Shown here piece after piece: positions 6,766 to 15,659 of a DNA stretch of 32,000 nt (position 1 is the stretch's first letter; each line of letters begins with the position of its first letter). The translations under genes were made by a program, and so were the position numbers. The notes beneath the pieces are model-generated. The model searched no databases, was not told the origin of the DNA, and saw only the letters and a list, made by a program, of their open reading frames with translations. This DNA comes from Fastidiosibacter lacustris (GTDB lineage: Bacteria; Pseudomonadota; Gammaproteobacteria; Francisellales; Francisellaceae): positions 90,001 to 122,000 of the forward strand of contig NZ_QLIR01000002.1 of the NCBI RefSeq assembly GCF_003428155.1, read 5' to 3'.

Positions 6766-9720
6766 ATGAATTTCTTGTATAAAAGCGTTGAAGGTTTATT
6801 TGCTTGGTTAAATGCCATTAGCAATAAAACGATCTACAGTTATTGTGAGCTCGAAAGTGCAGATGATGAAAATACTTTAATTGCTAAAGATGGCAGCTTG
6901 ATTTCAATATTGGAAATCAATGGCGTTAAGCATATGGTTGGCAATGATGAATATATCTATTTATGTGAAAAAATTACGGCTATTTTAACACCTTTATTAC
7001 AAAAACAAGGTGTCAGGATTAAATGTTTTTTTCGTTATGATGCACAAAGTACAGCGCAAGAAATAGATGATTTACTGTTGCCTTCACAAAAGAGTGCTAA
7101 GCGCTTAAATCTCAATTTAGATGATTATTTTGAGGCAAAGAAAGAAAAATTAGATGAGGTTTGTGTATTTGAAAAATGTTACTTATGTATCTGGAGCTCA
7201 GCTGGTTTATTAAGTGCACATGCTCAAAAGCAAGCTTACAGGAATAAGACTGAGCGTTTAAAAGATCAGAATGTAAAAATATCATCAAAGACACAACACT
7301 TTTTGCATGTGCTTAATGAAGTGCGATTACAGCATGCTGCATTATTGACAATGCTATTAGAGTCATTTACAGCAATGGGGTTAAGTACGCATATCATGCA
7401 AGTACGGCATTTGCTACATACAATCAAAAGGCAAATTGCGCCAGACACAACAGATAAGAGTTGGCAGCCACATTTACCAGGCGATAATTTATATCTAGGA
7501 TATGAGGATAAAGATTGGTCGAACTGGTTATGGCCTAGTCTGTCTTATCAGTTATTTTGTGAAGATGGTGCTAATGTTAATATGTCTGAGTGTGTAATTG
7601 GTAACTACCGATATGCACCTGTAACTATCAGTTTGTTTCCTCAACATATTCAAGCGTTTTATGTTTTATTTAAAACTTTGAAAGAATATCAACTGCCTTG
7701 GCAAATGTGTTTTTCACTTACAGGAAATGGCATCAAAATAAGCCAAGTAAAATCATTATTAGCACAGTTTTTAACGTTTAGTTCGCATGAAAATAAATTG
7801 ATTTGTAATGCACACAAATTACTCAAGCACATTCAAGAACACAGCGATATGCCAGTGGTTAAGCTTTCAGTAAATTTAATTACTTGGGCACCTAAATCAG
7901 AGATCGAGGAATTTCAAAAGCGTAAAGCAGCCTTAAATAAAGCAATACAAAGCTGGGGGAGTGCGCAAACGACCGAAAATTTTGGTGACCCATTTGCCAT
8001 TGTTCAATCAACCTTATTAGCAATCAATCGTGAAGGCTTTCCTTGTGCAGTTGGTGCCCCATTAGGAGACGCAATAAAGCTTATGCCATTTTTTCGACCT
8101 GCAATTTCATGGGATTATGGTGCAACCTTATTTCGTACTCCAGATGGCAAACTATGGCCTTATCAAAGTGGGTCTTCAAAGCAAGTAAGCTGGATAGAGT
8201 TAATTTATGCACGATCTGGTTCAGGTAAGTCAGTATTATTAAATTCTCTTAACCTGTCTGCTTGTCTTTGCCAAGGATTAGAAGAGCTGCCTTATCTTTC
8301 AATTTTGGATATTGGACCATCTTCAAAAGGTGTGATCGATTTGCTAAAGTCCGTAACTAAAACGCCGAATATTGCTGAGCATTATCAATTTACATTTAGT
8401 TATAACGATGCGATTAATCCTTTTGATACGCATCTAGGTGCACGCGTTCCTGGTCATGCACATAAAGCATTTTTAATTAACTTTCTTTCCGCTTTATTGT
8501 TGGAAAATGTAGAAGCTTCTTTACCGGAAGGGATGGAAGCTATGTTAAATTTAGTTATTGATGAAGTTTATAAATTACACAGTGACGTTTATCAACCAAA
8601 GCTATACCAACCAGGAATTAACCCCGAAATTGATGATAAAATTAACGTTTTTAAATCTAACGATCATGGGCAATCATGGTGGCAGGTAACGGATAAATTA
8701 TTTGAGCAAAATGAAATACGTTTAGCTCAAAAAGCACAGCGTTATGCCATGCCGTTACTTTCTGATTTAATTAGTGCAGTCAATCAAACAAGTGTTATTG
8801 ATTTATATAAAACGCTAAAACTTTCCAATGGTGAGAGCTATATTCAGTATTTTTGTCGTAATATCACGACGGTAATTAAGAATCTACCTTCATTAAATCT
8901 TGTCACACGCTTAGATGTTTATGCAAAAGTAGTGGCATTTGATTTATCCTCTGTTATGTCGGCTGTATCGGCAAGTGATTCACGCATTTCAGTTATTGCT
9001 TATATGTTAGTACGCCATTTGACCGCAAGTTACTTTTTCGTTAAAGCACAAGATTTAGAGAGTTTGGCAAATGATTATCGACATTATCACAAACATAAAT
9101 TACAGGAGTTACATAACGTTCCAAAACGCATTGTATTTGATGAGTTTCATCGCACGCGTGGTTGTGCACCGATTTTAAGACAGGTTTTGACCGACATGCG
9201 TGAAGGTCGAAAGCACAATGTGCAAATTGCATTAGCATCACAGTCCTTAACTGATTTTAACCACACTATGCTTGAGTTTGCTACTTCCGTTTTTATTTTA
9301 AGTGGAGGCAATCAAAGTGCATTAGAAAACACGAAGTCTCATTTTGGTTTAAACGAAACTGAAGCGCTTGCGTTAAAGTATGCAGTGCATGGTCCAAATA
9401 GTAATGGCATGAATTTTATTGGTCAGTTTCACACCATTAATGGTGTAAATACTCAACTACTTAATTTAAGCTTAAGTGCCTATGAGGTGTGGTTATTTAC
9501 AACTACTTCGGAGGATTGTTATTTGAAAGAAAAGCTTGTTGAGCATCTTGGTGTCATTCCAAGCTTAACGCTTTTAGCACGTAAATTTCCACAGGGTAGT
9601 GCTAAACCCTATCTTGAAACACAAGCAATACTGCATTCAGATAAATCTATAAAACAAATTGCAAATGAATTAGTAGAAACTTTCATTGATCAATATTATG
9701 GGAGTATAAAGCATGCGTGA
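6766..9720 (+). CDS. dotO: Type IVB secretion ATPase DotO/IcmB (TraU family)
   Basis: 984 aa. N-terminal SYCELESADDENTLIAKDGSLISILEINGV matches IcmB SYCELETAD...DGSLLSV. Walker A is YARSGSGKSVLLNS and Walker B-like is KRIVFDEFHR. Size fits the roughly 1000-aa IcmB family. Confidence 0.92.
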   Translation: MNFLYKSVEGLFAWLNAISNKTIYSYCELESADDENTLIAKDGSLISILEINGVKHMVGNDEYIYLCEKITAILTPLLQKQGVRIKCFFRYDAQSTAQEIDDLLLPSQKSAKRLNLNLDDYFEAKKEKLDEVCVFEKCYLCIWSSAGLLSAHAQKQAYRNKTERLKDQNVKISSKTQHFLHVLNEVRLQHAALLTMLLESFTAMGLSTHIMQVRHLLHTIKRQIAPDTTDKSWQPHLPGDNLYLGYEDKDWSNWLWPSLSYQLFCEDGANVNMSECVIGNYRYAPVTISLFPQHIQAFYVLFKTLKEYQLPWQMCFSLTGNGIKISQVKSLLAQFLTFSSHENKLICNAHKLLKHIQEHSDMPVVKLSVNLITWAPKSEIEEFQKRKAALNKAIQSWGSAQTTENFGDPFAIVQSTLLAINREGFPCAVGAPLGDAIKLMPFFRPAISWDYGATLFRTPDGKLWPYQSGSSKQVSWIELIYARSGSGKSVLLNSLNLSACLCQGLEELPYLSILDIGPSSKGVIDLLKSVTKTPNIAEHYQFTFSYNDAINPFDTHLGARVPGHAHKAFLINFLSALLLENVEASLPEGMEAMLNLVIDEVYKLHSDVYQPKLYQPGINPEIDDKINVFKSNDHGQSWWQVTDKLFEQNEIRLAQKAQRYAMPLLSDLISAVNQTSVIDLYKTLKLSNGESYIQYFCRNITTVIKNLPSLNLVTRLDVYAKVVAFDLSSVMSAVSASDSRISVIAYMLVRHLTASYFFVKAQDLESLANDYRHYHKHKLQELHNVPKRIVFDEFHRTRGCAPILRQVLTDMREGRKHNVQIALASQSLTDFNHTMLEFATSVFILSGGNQSALENTKSHFGLNETEALALKYAVHGPNSNGMNFIGQFHTINGVNTQLLNLSLSAYEVWLFTTTSEDCYLKEKLVEHLGVIPSLTLLARKFPQGSAKPYLETQAILHSDKSIKQIANELVETFIDQYYGSIKHA

Positions 9721-10183
9721 TGCAATCGACATTCATCATTTTAAGACAGAAATTATTAATTATTGGCATGGCTTTAGTAAAAAAGAACTCGTCGATTTAT
9801 TGACGGTTTATGATATTAAGGAAGCACAAGAAAATGATTTTCAATTTTCAAATGAATTTTATGAGCAATTCTATGAGATTTGCTTAGAGTCCTATCAAAA
9901 AGAACATCTATCAGAAGAGTATGTTGAGGCAATCGTTAACTTGTGTGCAAAATTACCAACCACATTGATGATGTATTTCATGCAAAATGTACACAAGAAA
10001 AATTCAAATTTGTTTCAATTGGTCTATCAAAAATTAAGCAGTGATTCTGATTATCATGAGCTTTATAAGCGTTGTATGTCATTTGAAAAAAATTTGCTTT
10101 TAACCAGAGTGTGTAGTGAGTCTCGATTATTAATAATAGATACCGTGCTGACAAGACTAATGGAGGAAAACCATGCAGGCTAA
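9713..10183 (+). CDS. Hypothetical acidic, all-helical cytoplasmic protein; possible IcmW-like type IVB adaptor/chaperone
   Basis: 156 aa with no TM helix or signal peptide. GGGAG Shine-Dalgarno. Start overlaps the dotO stop, so translation is probably coupled. Weak by-eye resemblance to Legionella IcmW (about 151 aa): NYWHGF against KYWFEY near the N-terminus, and YKRCMSFEKNLLLTRVCSESRLLIIDTVLTRLMEE against FLKRNIVFERLRLLSRVFCQYRLKLVLRALEG at the C-terminus. The IcmW sequence is recalled from memory. Confidence 0.35.
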   Translation: MRDAIDIHHFKTEIINYWHGFSKKELVDLLTVYDIKEAQENDFQFSNEFYEQFYEICLESYQKEHLSEEYVEAIVNLCAKLPTTLMMYFMQNVHKKNSNLFQLVYQKLSSDSDYHELYKRCMSFEKNLLLTRVCSESRLLIIDTVLTRLMEENHAG

Positions 10184-10799
10184 TGTGTTAAAGGCGATTA
10201 CTGAGAAAGCTGAATTTTACAAAAATAATTTTAGACTCATGATTAAAATTTTATTAGTGAGTGTATTGCTAAACTTGGTTTTACTTTTAGGTTTGTGGTA
10301 TAGCCATAAAGAAGAAAAAATCTATTTTCTTGCGATTGATAATCAGGGCGTAGTTAAAGAGCTTAATTTACCTCAAACACCAGTTGTGACCGAAGATATG
10401 TTGATCAATTGGGTTAGTCAGAATGTAAATAAATTGTATAAATTTGATTTTCTTAATTATAAAGAGCAAATTTTGGCCTTGAGACCTCTTTTTACAGATC
10501 ATGGCTGGCAGGCATTTAATGAAGCCTTTAAAGATACAATTAAGCAAGTAGTAGATCAGAAAATGGTAGCAAAAGCGGTACTAAATGGTGTGCCAGTGGT
10601 AACGGCAGTGGGGTATATTGCTGGCATAAAAAGCTGGCAAGTACAAGTGCCTATACTGGTAACTTTCTCTAAAGGGCACGAGGCTGGTAATAATAATATG
10701 ATTTTGAAATTAACGCTTCAGGAAAACACAGATATTTCAGATTTAGCAAGTGGACAATATTTTGGAATTACACAAATTATTCAGCTTAATGAAAAATAA
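10173..10799 (+). CDS. dotI: Type IVB inner-membrane protein DotI/IcmL (IcmL-like family)
   Basis: 208 aa (IcmL is about 212 aa). GGAGG Shine-Dalgarno. Collinear motifs: EFYKNNFRLM against NFYRDNYRR, a TM helix, PVVTEDMLINWVSQNV against PVVTDDFVVQWTANAV, and SWQVQVPILVTFS against AWNIQMPILITYT. Confidence 0.8.
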   Translation: MQANVLKAITEKAEFYKNNFRLMIKILLVSVLLNLVLLLGLWYSHKEEKIYFLAIDNQGVVKELNLPQTPVVTEDMLINWVSQNVNKLYKFDFLNYKEQILALRPLFTDHGWQAFNEAFKDTIKQVVDQKMVAKAVLNGVPVVTAVGYIAGIKSWQVQVPILVTFSKGHEAGNNNMILKLTLQENTDISDLASGQYFGITQIIQLNEK

Positions 10800-10817
10800 T
10801 GAATTGAGAAACCTCAT

Positions 10818-11258
10818 ATGAAAAAAACAAAAGAAAGTAAAGAGAAAATTAGATTCCGTCGTACAAAGAAAATGTTTCTAATTGATTCGTTTCAAAAGCA
10901 GCATAAATTTATTGCTAATATCTTTAAACAGGTATTTAAAATTAGACAACCTGAGCATGAAATGTCATATGAAGACTTAGCAGCAATAGGTGTAGATAGT
11001 AATCGTGTAACTTATCTAATTAGAAGATTTACCTTTATGCTGCGACTATGTTTATTGCTTGCTGTCGTTGATTATTTTTATGCGCTGTATTTATTCATCC
11101 ATGGTTATATATTAGTTGGGTTAATGGCCATATCGGTTTTGCTATTACTTTTGGCCAATGCCTTTAAATATCATTTTTGGCGCTATCAACTATTGAAGAA
11201 AAAATTAGGATGTCATTTTAAAGAATGGTTTAGTGATTTAGTAAAAGGAGTCAAATGA
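10818..11258 (+). CDS. icmV: IcmV-like small inner-membrane protein (TraX-like)
   Basis: 146 aa. Basic N-terminus and two TM helices. The C-terminal motif AFKYHFWRYQLLKKKLGCHFKEWF resembles IcmV AFRYHFWYFQIK-RKLGC---EWF (recalled). Its stop overlaps the dotA start (ATGATG). In Legionella, icmV also neighbours dotA. Confidence 0.6.
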   Translation: MKKTKESKEKIRFRRTKKMFLIDSFQKQHKFIANIFKQVFKIRQPEHEMSYEDLAAIGVDSNRVTYLIRRFTFMLRLCLLLAVVDYFYALYLFIHGYILVGLMAISVLLLLLANAFKYHFWRYQLLKKKLGCHFKEWFSDLVKGVK

Positions 11259-14200
11259 TGGCAACGGGTATAACAGAAAACTGGAGCGCCTGGCAGGTAC
11301 TTGATCAGCTATTTGGTTTTGATAGCCAAAATACTTCGGCATCTGCCGCCTTGTCAGGGCAAGCAAGTGACGTTGCTTTTAGGGAGCTTATTTATTATTT
11401 CAATTGTGGCATTATTATGGCAGTAATTGCTATTTATGCTTTTATTCTGGTAATTGGCACGATTAATACAGCAAAAGATGGTACTTTTTTAGGTAAAAAT
11501 TGGAGCTCTTATTGGATTCCTTTGCGAACTATTTTAGGTTCTGCATGTGCAATTCCATTAAAATCAGGTTTTTGTATGGCACAATACTTTGTTTTTTTGA
11601 TGGTGGGAGTGAGCATTAATTTTGCTAATCAAGTATGGCAAAATACTTATGAAAAACTCGATAAGGATAAAGTACCGCCTGTGATGAGTTTTGATATATC
11701 AGATGGAGTGAAGACTGACATTGCTTTGTATCTTTTAGCAGGTTTTTCAGCAGATATGTTAAAAAACGTTGGTATGCCTACAGGTAGTGATAATAAATAT
11801 GATGCTTTGGATACGACTAAAGTGGATCAAATGTCTTTAGTACAAGCGGCAATGAAAATCGAAAAAAACATTACCCAAAAGATGATTGACAATAATCAAT
11901 TAGACGATATTTACGTTACGAAAGACAAAAAAATTAATACAGCCAACATAGAAAGACTCAAACAAGGTATGCAGCAATGGTCAGTGATTGAGGATGATAA
12001 CTACGTTCAATTTGATGTTTACAAAATCATTAACCACTATATATTTAGGTTACCTATCACTCAACCTGATCAGGATAAAGTTTCTACGGCGTTAAATACT
12101 TATTGTTATGTTGAAAAAAAGGATGAAGGATCACAACCACGTTCTTGTCAAGACATGGTTAATAGTATTATGGCTATTCATAACAATAGTATGGATATTA
12201 ATAAGCACCTAACAAACGATGCAGATGTTATTTTTACGTTGTCTCAGGCGATTGCCAGAGGGTTTCAACAAAAATTAAAGGACGAAGCAAAAAATACCGA
12301 TCAAGATAAAGTCAACTCTACTGAAGATGATAAAAAGGAGGGTGAAAATGACTGGTGGAATGCAGATCAAAAGTACTTTAAATTGGATGGTAATTTTGAG
12401 GAAGTATTAAAAGCATTTCATAATGACTTTGCAATATTTGATGACTTATTGTATAACAACCAGCAAAGTCAAATCACTATTGATAAAGTGGGTGTGACAC
12501 TACAGTATTTAAAAAATAACAATAGTATTAGTAGCTTAGTTGACCATTATAATGATGGTTCTCTTGAATATAGACTTTATCCTGACACCCACGCAGATGA
12601 AAAAAATCCTAAGCATAATAAAGAGGTCAAATTAACTGATTATACAGAAAATGATAAAACAGATAAGTTTATTCAGTTGGATGTCACTAAGCTTAAACAG
12701 CAAATGATAGATGTTTTTCATAACGTGTACGGAGATAAGGATAATCAGTACTGTAGGGATCAATTTAGCAAGCTTTTTCCTAATCAGCATATTATTGATG
12801 GTTTTAGTTGTAAGGATTTAATCGATGCGGTTGTTCCTTCTTCTATTTCAACAGATATTGGTAAGTATTTTTTAGTTATTCAAACGGCACTTGCTAATAG
12901 TAAATCAGGGATAGAAAGCTTGAAAGCAGAATATATCAGCCAATTTTTGTACTTAGTGCGTTTGTTTCAGCTAAATAATGTCGGTTTTTTCCATGAAGGT
13001 GCAGTAGTTGCTGATATTGCTTCTCCTGCGGAGAGTTTTTTAAATGGAATTTTCCAAAAAATGAGCCTTAATGCTGATGCAGGAGGAATGTTAAGTCAAA
13101 TTTATAATATTGGTGAAGCAGTAACTCCTGGCGTTGAAATGACAAATGCCTTTTCAGCGTTAAGACAGATCCAAGGTGTGGGGCAGTCATTAATTAAAAT
13201 GGTAGTTGATACTTTGCAATCTGTTACCGAAAAAACAGAGAAAGCTTTTACAGATGTTTTAATTGAAGTATCTACTATTCAGGGTGCGTCAAAACTTGCT
13301 GCATTAGGAACTGCGGCTTTTAGTTATTTTACACCTGGGTTGCCTGGTGTGATTTCTTCAATTGGAGACGTTGGTGCACAATTGGCGACCCTTATTACTA
13401 TGACGAATTTAACGATGTCATTAGTATGGTTACCCTTAGTATTTTTTGTTTTAGTGACCTTATTTACCAATGCAGTTTTATTCGCACTTATTATTCCATT
13501 GACCCCATTTATCTTATTTTGGGCGGGAAAGATTGCATGGTTGTTACTCATTATTGAAGCTTTAGTTGCAGCCCCTGTTGTGGCATTAGGTATTGTTTAT
13601 CCAGAAGGACATGAAGTATTTGGTAAAGCGGAACCTGCTATTCAAATCATGTTGAACCTTGTCTTAAGACCTGTATTGATGGTATTTGGGTTAATTACTG
13701 CGATTATTTTGACATATCTGGTTATTGCCATTTCGGCAAAAGGATTTCACGCTGTAGCAACTCAAATTAGCAATGTGTATGGTACATCGAGTGACAGTTA
13801 TGTAACGGGGACATTAAACTTATTATTGGTATTTATGTATGCAAGCTTTATTGGTTTAGCCTTTTACAAGTGCTTTTCATTAATTTATATTTTGCCAGAT
13901 AAAATATTGCATTGGGTAGGTGGCACACATAATGAGCGTGCAGGTGCTGAAGATATGCAAGAGATGAAGTCTTCTGGTATGCAAAATGCTCAAGGTATGG
14001 CACAAGCAGGCACACAAACGGCAGAGAAATATAATCAAGGCAAAACAGAAGAAATGCATGGTGTTCAAAACATGGGCTCTAGTGTGGGACATGTCGGCAC
14101 GTCTGTGGATAATTACAAATATCATAAAAATCAGAAAGGTAGTAGCGGTGGAGGTGAAAATAGTGCGCACCTTAATAACCCCGTTAATCCTAACAAATAA
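11255..14200 (+). CDS. dotA: Type IVB polytopic membrane protein DotA (TraY family)
   Basis: 981 aa. The N-terminal TM region has GKNWSSYWIPLRTILGSACAIPLKSGFCMAQYFVFLMV, against DotA GQKWNSLWTPLRVV...LLVPKASGYS. A large hydrophilic central domain is followed by a C-terminal bundle of about five TM helices and a Q/G/M-rich tail. AAGGAG Shine-Dalgarno. The start may be the second ATG at 11258. Confidence 0.85.
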   Translation: MMATGITENWSAWQVLDQLFGFDSQNTSASAALSGQASDVAFRELIYYFNCGIIMAVIAIYAFILVIGTINTAKDGTFLGKNWSSYWIPLRTILGSACAIPLKSGFCMAQYFVFLMVGVSINFANQVWQNTYEKLDKDKVPPVMSFDISDGVKTDIALYLLAGFSADMLKNVGMPTGSDNKYDALDTTKVDQMSLVQAAMKIEKNITQKMIDNNQLDDIYVTKDKKINTANIERLKQGMQQWSVIEDDNYVQFDVYKIINHYIFRLPITQPDQDKVSTALNTYCYVEKKDEGSQPRSCQDMVNSIMAIHNNSMDINKHLTNDADVIFTLSQAIARGFQQKLKDEAKNTDQDKVNSTEDDKKEGENDWWNADQKYFKLDGNFEEVLKAFHNDFAIFDDLLYNNQQSQITIDKVGVTLQYLKNNNSISSLVDHYNDGSLEYRLYPDTHADEKNPKHNKEVKLTDYTENDKTDKFIQLDVTKLKQQMIDVFHNVYGDKDNQYCRDQFSKLFPNQHIIDGFSCKDLIDAVVPSSISTDIGKYFLVIQTALANSKSGIESLKAEYISQFLYLVRLFQLNNVGFFHEGAVVADIASPAESFLNGIFQKMSLNADAGGMLSQIYNIGEAVTPGVEMTNAFSALRQIQGVGQSLIKMVVDTLQSVTEKTEKAFTDVLIEVSTIQGASKLAALGTAAFSYFTPGLPGVISSIGDVGAQLATLITMTNLTMSLVWLPLVFFVLVTLFTNAVLFALIIPLTPFILFWAGKIAWLLLIIEALVAAPVVALGIVYPEGHEVFGKAEPAIQIMLNLVLRPVLMVFGLITAIILTYLVIAISAKGFHAVATQISNVYGTSSDSYVTGTLNLLLVFMYASFIGLAFYKCFSLIYILPDKILHWVGGTHNERAGAEDMQEMKSSGMQNAQGMAQAGTQTAEKYNQGKTEEMHGVQNMGSSVGHVGTSVDNYKYHKNQKGSSGGGENSAHLNNPVNPNK

Positions 14201-14248
14201 GGCTTAAATCTTGTCATAAGTTATGAATGGAAGTGGAGAAATAAGATA

Positions 14249-15052
14249 ATGAAAAATAAAATTAAATTAATTATTGGTTTAGGAGTCATTATATCCCCAA
14301 TATGGGCTTTTGCTGTCACAGACTATTATATTACGATTAAAAACAATACCCCTTATACTTTGGTAGAACCAGGAACTTGGGTGGATGAAGGACGAGGATT
14401 TCAGACGAGTAAATCTAATATTAATGGAGGTAAAGAGTATACCTATGAAGTAGATGCTACATCTGGACCAGGCGGTGATACACGAGTAAGGGGGGGGATT
14501 GCTTATAGAATTAATGATTTTAATAATGATCGTTTTATGGCTGGGATTAAATTTAACATTGATGCCCATTCGGATCAATCACCACAATGGGCAGAGGCCT
14601 ATACGAATGGGGATGATAACTTATTACACGTTGATTATAGATTTACAGGAAGTCGTTATCTTGAAGTTACAGTGACAGTAGCAATGAACGTATTCCCCTA
14701 TCGTTTTATTTCTTTGGGACTCGGTTCTTTGAATGTTAGCGCTTGTGGTCAACATGCAACGCCATTAGCAAATGGTTTCTATGGTAATCCGTGTAAAGGA
14801 AACAATGATAGCTTTCTAAGTATTGGTTTTGCAAATTCTCCTGATTTATGTAGATTGACGATTAATTCTAATGGAGAAATTAAAGATGGGTTGATTTCTT
14901 GTAATATGGGGACCGAAGCGCGTTATATTAAAGATAAATCTACAATTGTCTTTGTATGCCAATCCAAAGGTTATGGCACGAGTTCTTGTCCGTGGTTAAC
15001 TTGGGAGGGACAATCTGATTCATACAGTAAAGCTATAAATGGCACTTTTTGA
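14249..15052 (+). CDS. Secreted hypothetical protein: Sec signal peptide, beta-rich N-domain, Cys-rich C-domain
   Basis: 267 aa. Signal peptide MKNKIKLIIGLGVIISPIWAFA. The C-terminal 110 aa contain 7 cysteines. GGAG-like Shine-Dalgarno 49 bp after the dotA stop. No family recognised. Contains a G8 homopolymer. Confidence 0.7.
   Translation: MKNKIKLIIGLGVIISPIWAFAVTDYYITIKNNTPYTLVEPGTWVDEGRGFQTSKSNINGGKEYTYEVDATSGPGGDTRVRGGIAYRINDFNNDRFMAGIKFNIDAHSDQSPQWAEAYTNGDDNLLHVDYRFTGSRYLEVTVTVAMNVFPYRFISLGLGSLNVSACGQHATPLANGFYGNPCKGNNDSFLSIGFANSPDLCRLTINSNGEIKDGLISCNMGTEARYIKDKSTIVFVCQSKGYGTSSCPWLTWEGQSDSYSKAINGTF
14490..14497 (+). repeat. G8 homopolymeric tract inside the 14249-15052 CDS (codons AGG GGG GGG = RGG)
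   Basis: Read directly: cacgagtaa-GGGGGGGG-att. This is the longest G/C run I noticed in an otherwise AT-rich window. Confidence 0.9.
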
Positions 15053-15196
15053 GTATCTTTCAATGTTGTCTGTCAAGATTGTAAATACGTTATAAGATTC
15101 AGCAATTTGATGAATCTACTCATATACTATGGTGTCTTTTGAATAATGCTCATATAATAACAACAGATTTAACTAAATATACTCTAGGGGGAAACA

Positions 15197-15460
15197 ATGA
15201 GTAGTCAAAATAATAATGGTAGTAAAAATGAGCAGTATAAGGTTAATGTTGTTTCAGATGAAAAAGCAATTGCTGCGATGAAAGAAGCTTTTAAACTTTC
15301 TGCAAAATTAGAGCAGGATTCAATTAATCGTTTTTCACAAGACAATTGGTTTAATCAACCAATAGAAAAAATAGATTATGATGTTAAAAGTGGTTCAAAT
15401 TATAAAGGTGATATTTTCAAAGGTGGTTCAGACGTTGGAACACAGAATACCCCAAGATAA
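15197..15460 (+). CDS. Small hydrophilic hypothetical protein
   Basis: 87 aa. Strong GGGGGA Shine-Dalgarno 5 nt upstream of the ATG. No TM helix or signal peptide. N/K/S-rich. No family recognised. Confidence 0.5.
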   Translation: MSSQNNNGSKNEQYKVNVVSDEKAIAAMKEAFKLSAKLEQDSINRFSQDNWFNQPIEKIDYDVKSGSNYKGDIFKGGSDVGTQNTPR

Positions 15461-15659
15461 TTGTTATTGGATTATATAATAGCTTTATGAAGTCAAGTTG
15501 ACTTAAACCAGTAAATCGATTTCATCAAGCTCTAAAAGTTTCAACTGATGTTTTGATTGCAAGGTCACCTAGCTCTTGCAAGAAGAAAAGTACACTTTCG
15601 TTCCCATGATTAACATCAATAGATAGCGTTTTTTATTTTTAATAAAGAGGAATTTTAAT

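Noticed and set aside
8224-8244. 21-nt exact repeat GGTAAGTCAGTATTATTAAAT shared by dotO (8224-8244) and trbE (28646-28666).
   Set aside because: Both copies encode the same P-loop peptide GKSVLLN in two otherwise unrelated ATPases. Identity stops immediately on both sides. It is explained by a shared Walker A motif plus strong AT-biased codon choice, not by a mobile repeat or recombination scar.
14249-14650. The N-terminal beta-rich domain of the secreted 267-aa protein was considered as aegerolysin-like.
   Set aside because: There is only a vague resemblance in alternating-residue pattern and domain size, and I could align no conserved motif. It is left as hypothetical.
15490-15504. Palindrome AAGTCAA-G-TTGACTT just after the 87-aa ORF, considered as a terminator.
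   Set aside because: The one-nucleotide spacer cannot form a hairpin loop and no U-tract follows. It may be a protein-binding palindrome, but nothing supports that.
15525-15632. Minus-strand 35-codon open frame (KTLSIDVNHGNESVLFFLQELGDLAIKTSVETFRA-stop) in the 200-bp spacer between the 87-aa and 381-aa ORFans. It looks protein-like.
   Set aside because: It has no start codon (ATG/GTG/TTG) in frame after the upstream stop, and I could not recognise a family. It might be a gene remnant, but the evidence is too thin to annotate.
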